From NCBI GenBank assembly GCA_965112155.1, contig OZ218106.1: a stretch of DNA of 64,000 nucleotides. One strand, 5' to 3'. Under the pieces are notes generated by a model. The model saw only the letters and a list, made by a program, of their open reading frames with translations. It did not search any database and was not told the DNA's origin. Below, piece after piece: positions 61,601 through 64,000 of this stretch. A program made the translations under genes and the position numbers. This DNA is from Podarcis liolepis. Its lineage: Eukaryota. Positions within the stretch are counted from its first letter, which is position 1. The number at the start of each line of letters is the position of its first letter.

Positions 61601-62580
61601 AGCTTATAAGTCCAACACAATCATCAAATTTGCGGATGATACAACAGTGGTGGGGCTCATCAGTGAGAACGATGAGACTGCTTATAGGAAAGAAGTACAG
61701 GGGTTAATTCAATGGTGTAAAGAAAATAATCTTATGCTTAACACCAAAAAAACCAAAGAACTCATAATTGACTTTAGGAGAAAGAAAAGTGTATTTTTAC
61801 CATTGCACATAAATGGCGAGGAAGTGGAGAGGGTTGGTAGTTTTAAATACCTGGGCGTTTATATCTCGGAGGACCTCTCATGGACTGCAAATATTAATAT
61901 GGTTGTGAGGAAGGTGCAGGGGAGGTTGTATTTCCTGAGAATGCTCAGGGGACTGAATCTATCCCAGCACCTACTTCTGTCCTATTATCATAGTACCATC
62001 GAGAGTGTCTTAACCTATAGTATATTATCGTGGTATGGGAGCAGCTCTGAAACGGATAAAAAAGCTTTACAGAGAACAATTAAAATTGCCCAGAATGTTA
62101 TTGGGCTCCGACTACCAACCCTGGATGAGATCTTCACGTCTCGCATCTTGAAGAAGTCACATAATATTCTGAGAGATCCCACCCACCCTGCTCACAACTT
62201 CTTTGAACTATTGCCTTCGGGCAGAAGATATAGGACGATGAAAACACGAACCACACGCCTTCTGAATAGTTTCTATCCAAGAGCTCTGATTGCACTAAAT
62301 AATGATCTCAGGGCCAGTTGCAAGGTTTAGCAAGCAGGGAGTAGGAAGGAATGAGATAGGTTTCAGGTTATGTTATGCCTTTAATAGGTCATGCTATATT
62401 CTGGATTATGTTATGTTTTATAGATTATGTCTGAATAGGATGAGAGTATCGGAGATACGTGCAAATGTATATGTGAACCCGGTCTTTGGGTGGGTGTTTG
62501 ATTTTCGTTGTTGTGTATACTGTGTATATACGGACAATGACAATAAATTTATCTTATCTTATCTTATCTTATCTTATCTT
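61601..62580 (+). mobile_element. Rex1/Babar-clade LINE, 5'-truncated, with intact RT C-terminal ORF (to 62330) and (TATCT)n tail
   Basis: IIKFADDTTVVGLI...WCKENNLMLNTKKTKELIIDFRR...FKYLGVYISEDLSW...RLYFLR...LLPSGRRYR...NSFYPRA; about 240 codons without a stop; AATAAA then (TATCT)6. Confidence 0.9.
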
Positions 62581-64000
62581 AAAGTGCCGTGCTGAGTTTA
62601 TTTTTGTAACATTTTTTAGTTCATTGATTCATTGTGATCATCCTCTACTCTATGATATTGAGCTTGGTAAGTAACGTAAATGTTATGATATATGATATTT
62701 GTTTGTATTTGTATGTTAAGCCAAAGCTGGAAAATAGTGAAACTAAGTAAAAAAATTCATTCATAAGGAATTCCCATAATGAAAGAAAGAGTTTAAGTGC
62801 TTATGCTCACAATGTTATGTAAATAAACCAGAAAATAACACTTGCAACTGTATCTTATGTTCTCTTTTAATAATTTCAATGTGGAGGGGGGTGACAAGAA
62901 ATTTTCAGCACCGGGTACCACCTTACCTTGCTACGCCACTGGGCTGGGAAGAGCTACTAATCTGGACTTGATCTTTGTACTGAATCCAAAACTATGGCTT
63001 TGGAGATCCCCTGGAAACCTAATGGGGAACAATCTCTGTCAGTGTGTTAATGCTGTGAGTAGTTTCATCTTATGTTCAGCATGCATTTATGTGTAAATAA
63101 AATAATAAATAACGATGACATCACCATCTCCGGAGACCTGCATCGCAAGGACCTTCATTCCAAACCAGATGTATGCGTTGGTTTCTTACCACTTGGAGAC
63201 TGGAACATACAAGAAATAAAAATTGACTGGTGTATCAGACCTGCTTTACCATGCTGCCTAAAAGAGGATAAAGGTGGCAGACTTCAAAATACATCATCTT
63301 TTATGAGTTCATGTTAGTGCTCTGTTTGTTTGTTTGTCTATCACAGGACATTTGAAGGCAGAAATCTGACCTCACAAGCAGAATTAAATCACATAAAATA
63401 AACAGAAAGAAACAAACAAAACCCGTACAAACCCCCTGAAAACTCTAGAAAAGCGAGATGGAATTGGATTGTTTTAAACTGCAGACTGCCTGTGATTTGG
63501 TGGTGGGTTATGTTTGACACTGTTTAAGACAGGTGTTTGTGTGTGTCTACTCCAGACTATCAGTATTTTGCAGGTGAGATCCAAGCACATATGGGAAATT
63601 TTTATTCTGAAAGCGTGGCCCAGTTTGAGAACCTCTGCTGTAAGGAAATGAGGACCAATGCTTAATTAGCAGCTCACCTGAGGGAGCACACTGTGTGTGT
63701 TGACTGTAACAAGAGTGATGCCCATCAGAGCTACAGGTCACAAGAGGATAAAAACTGAGCTCAAAAGCAGAAGAGAAAGCCAAGGCAGAAAGCCAAGATG
63801 AAGTGTGGGCAGCAGTCTAAGAGACAGTGCGTGCTTACCTAACATTGTGGCATCAACTGGTTTAAACAGCGCCAATCCAGGCCAGCCGCTCTAATAGGAG
63901 ACTATCTGCTAATGAGGCCTCATCTTGGCAGACAGAAACTTTATGGCTTGTTCCTCATTCCTTTTAAGAAAGTTAAAGTGCTAATTTAGAAGTGAAAGAT

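Larger units (their letters stand above)
60272..62941. mobile_element. Non-autonomous hAT element hosting two nested insertions
   Basis: TIR CAATGGCATAG...CTACGCCACTG; perfect 8-bp TSD GGCTGGGA (60264-60271, 62942-62949); subterminal ggggtgacaa motifs at both ends. Confidence 0.85.

Noticed and set aside
25300-64000. Exons of DAPP1 or a definite first exon/promoter of C4orf54
   Set aside because: No recognisable SH2/PH coding exon. Several donor-like and enhancer-like stretches (e.g. ~25853, 30000-30300, 34820-34960) are not distinctive enough to call.

Overview
Vertebrate genomic DNA from a squamate reptile, most likely a lacertid lizard, judged from Sauria SINE, BovB, CR1, L2, Penelope and Rex1 repeats. 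The window holds one real protein-coding gene: a minus-strand C4orf54 orthologue (DUF4585 family, with PROB1 and CEFIP/C10orf71). Its CDS of about 1662 aa lies in one 5-kb exon (ATG 24741, TGA 19753). A splice donor follows 49 nt after the stop, then a ~3.7-kb 3'-UTR intron and a probable ~7.5-kb terminal exon ending near 8515. The rest is repeat-rich intronic or intergenic DNA with many nested insertions, several with exact target-site duplications. The most interesting points are: (1) an out-of-frame upstream ORF with a signal-peptide-like segment in the C4orf54 leader, over sequence that resembles my recollection of the human annotated N-terminus but carries stops in the main frame; (2) a 3'-UTR intron bracketed by complementary (CA)n and (UG)n tracts; (3) a stop-to-junction distance just under the NMD threshold; (4) a minimal Penelope-type hammerhead ribozyme; (5) a young Rex1 LINE inside a hAT-in-hAT nest. 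All cross-species comparisons are from memory and need database confirmation.
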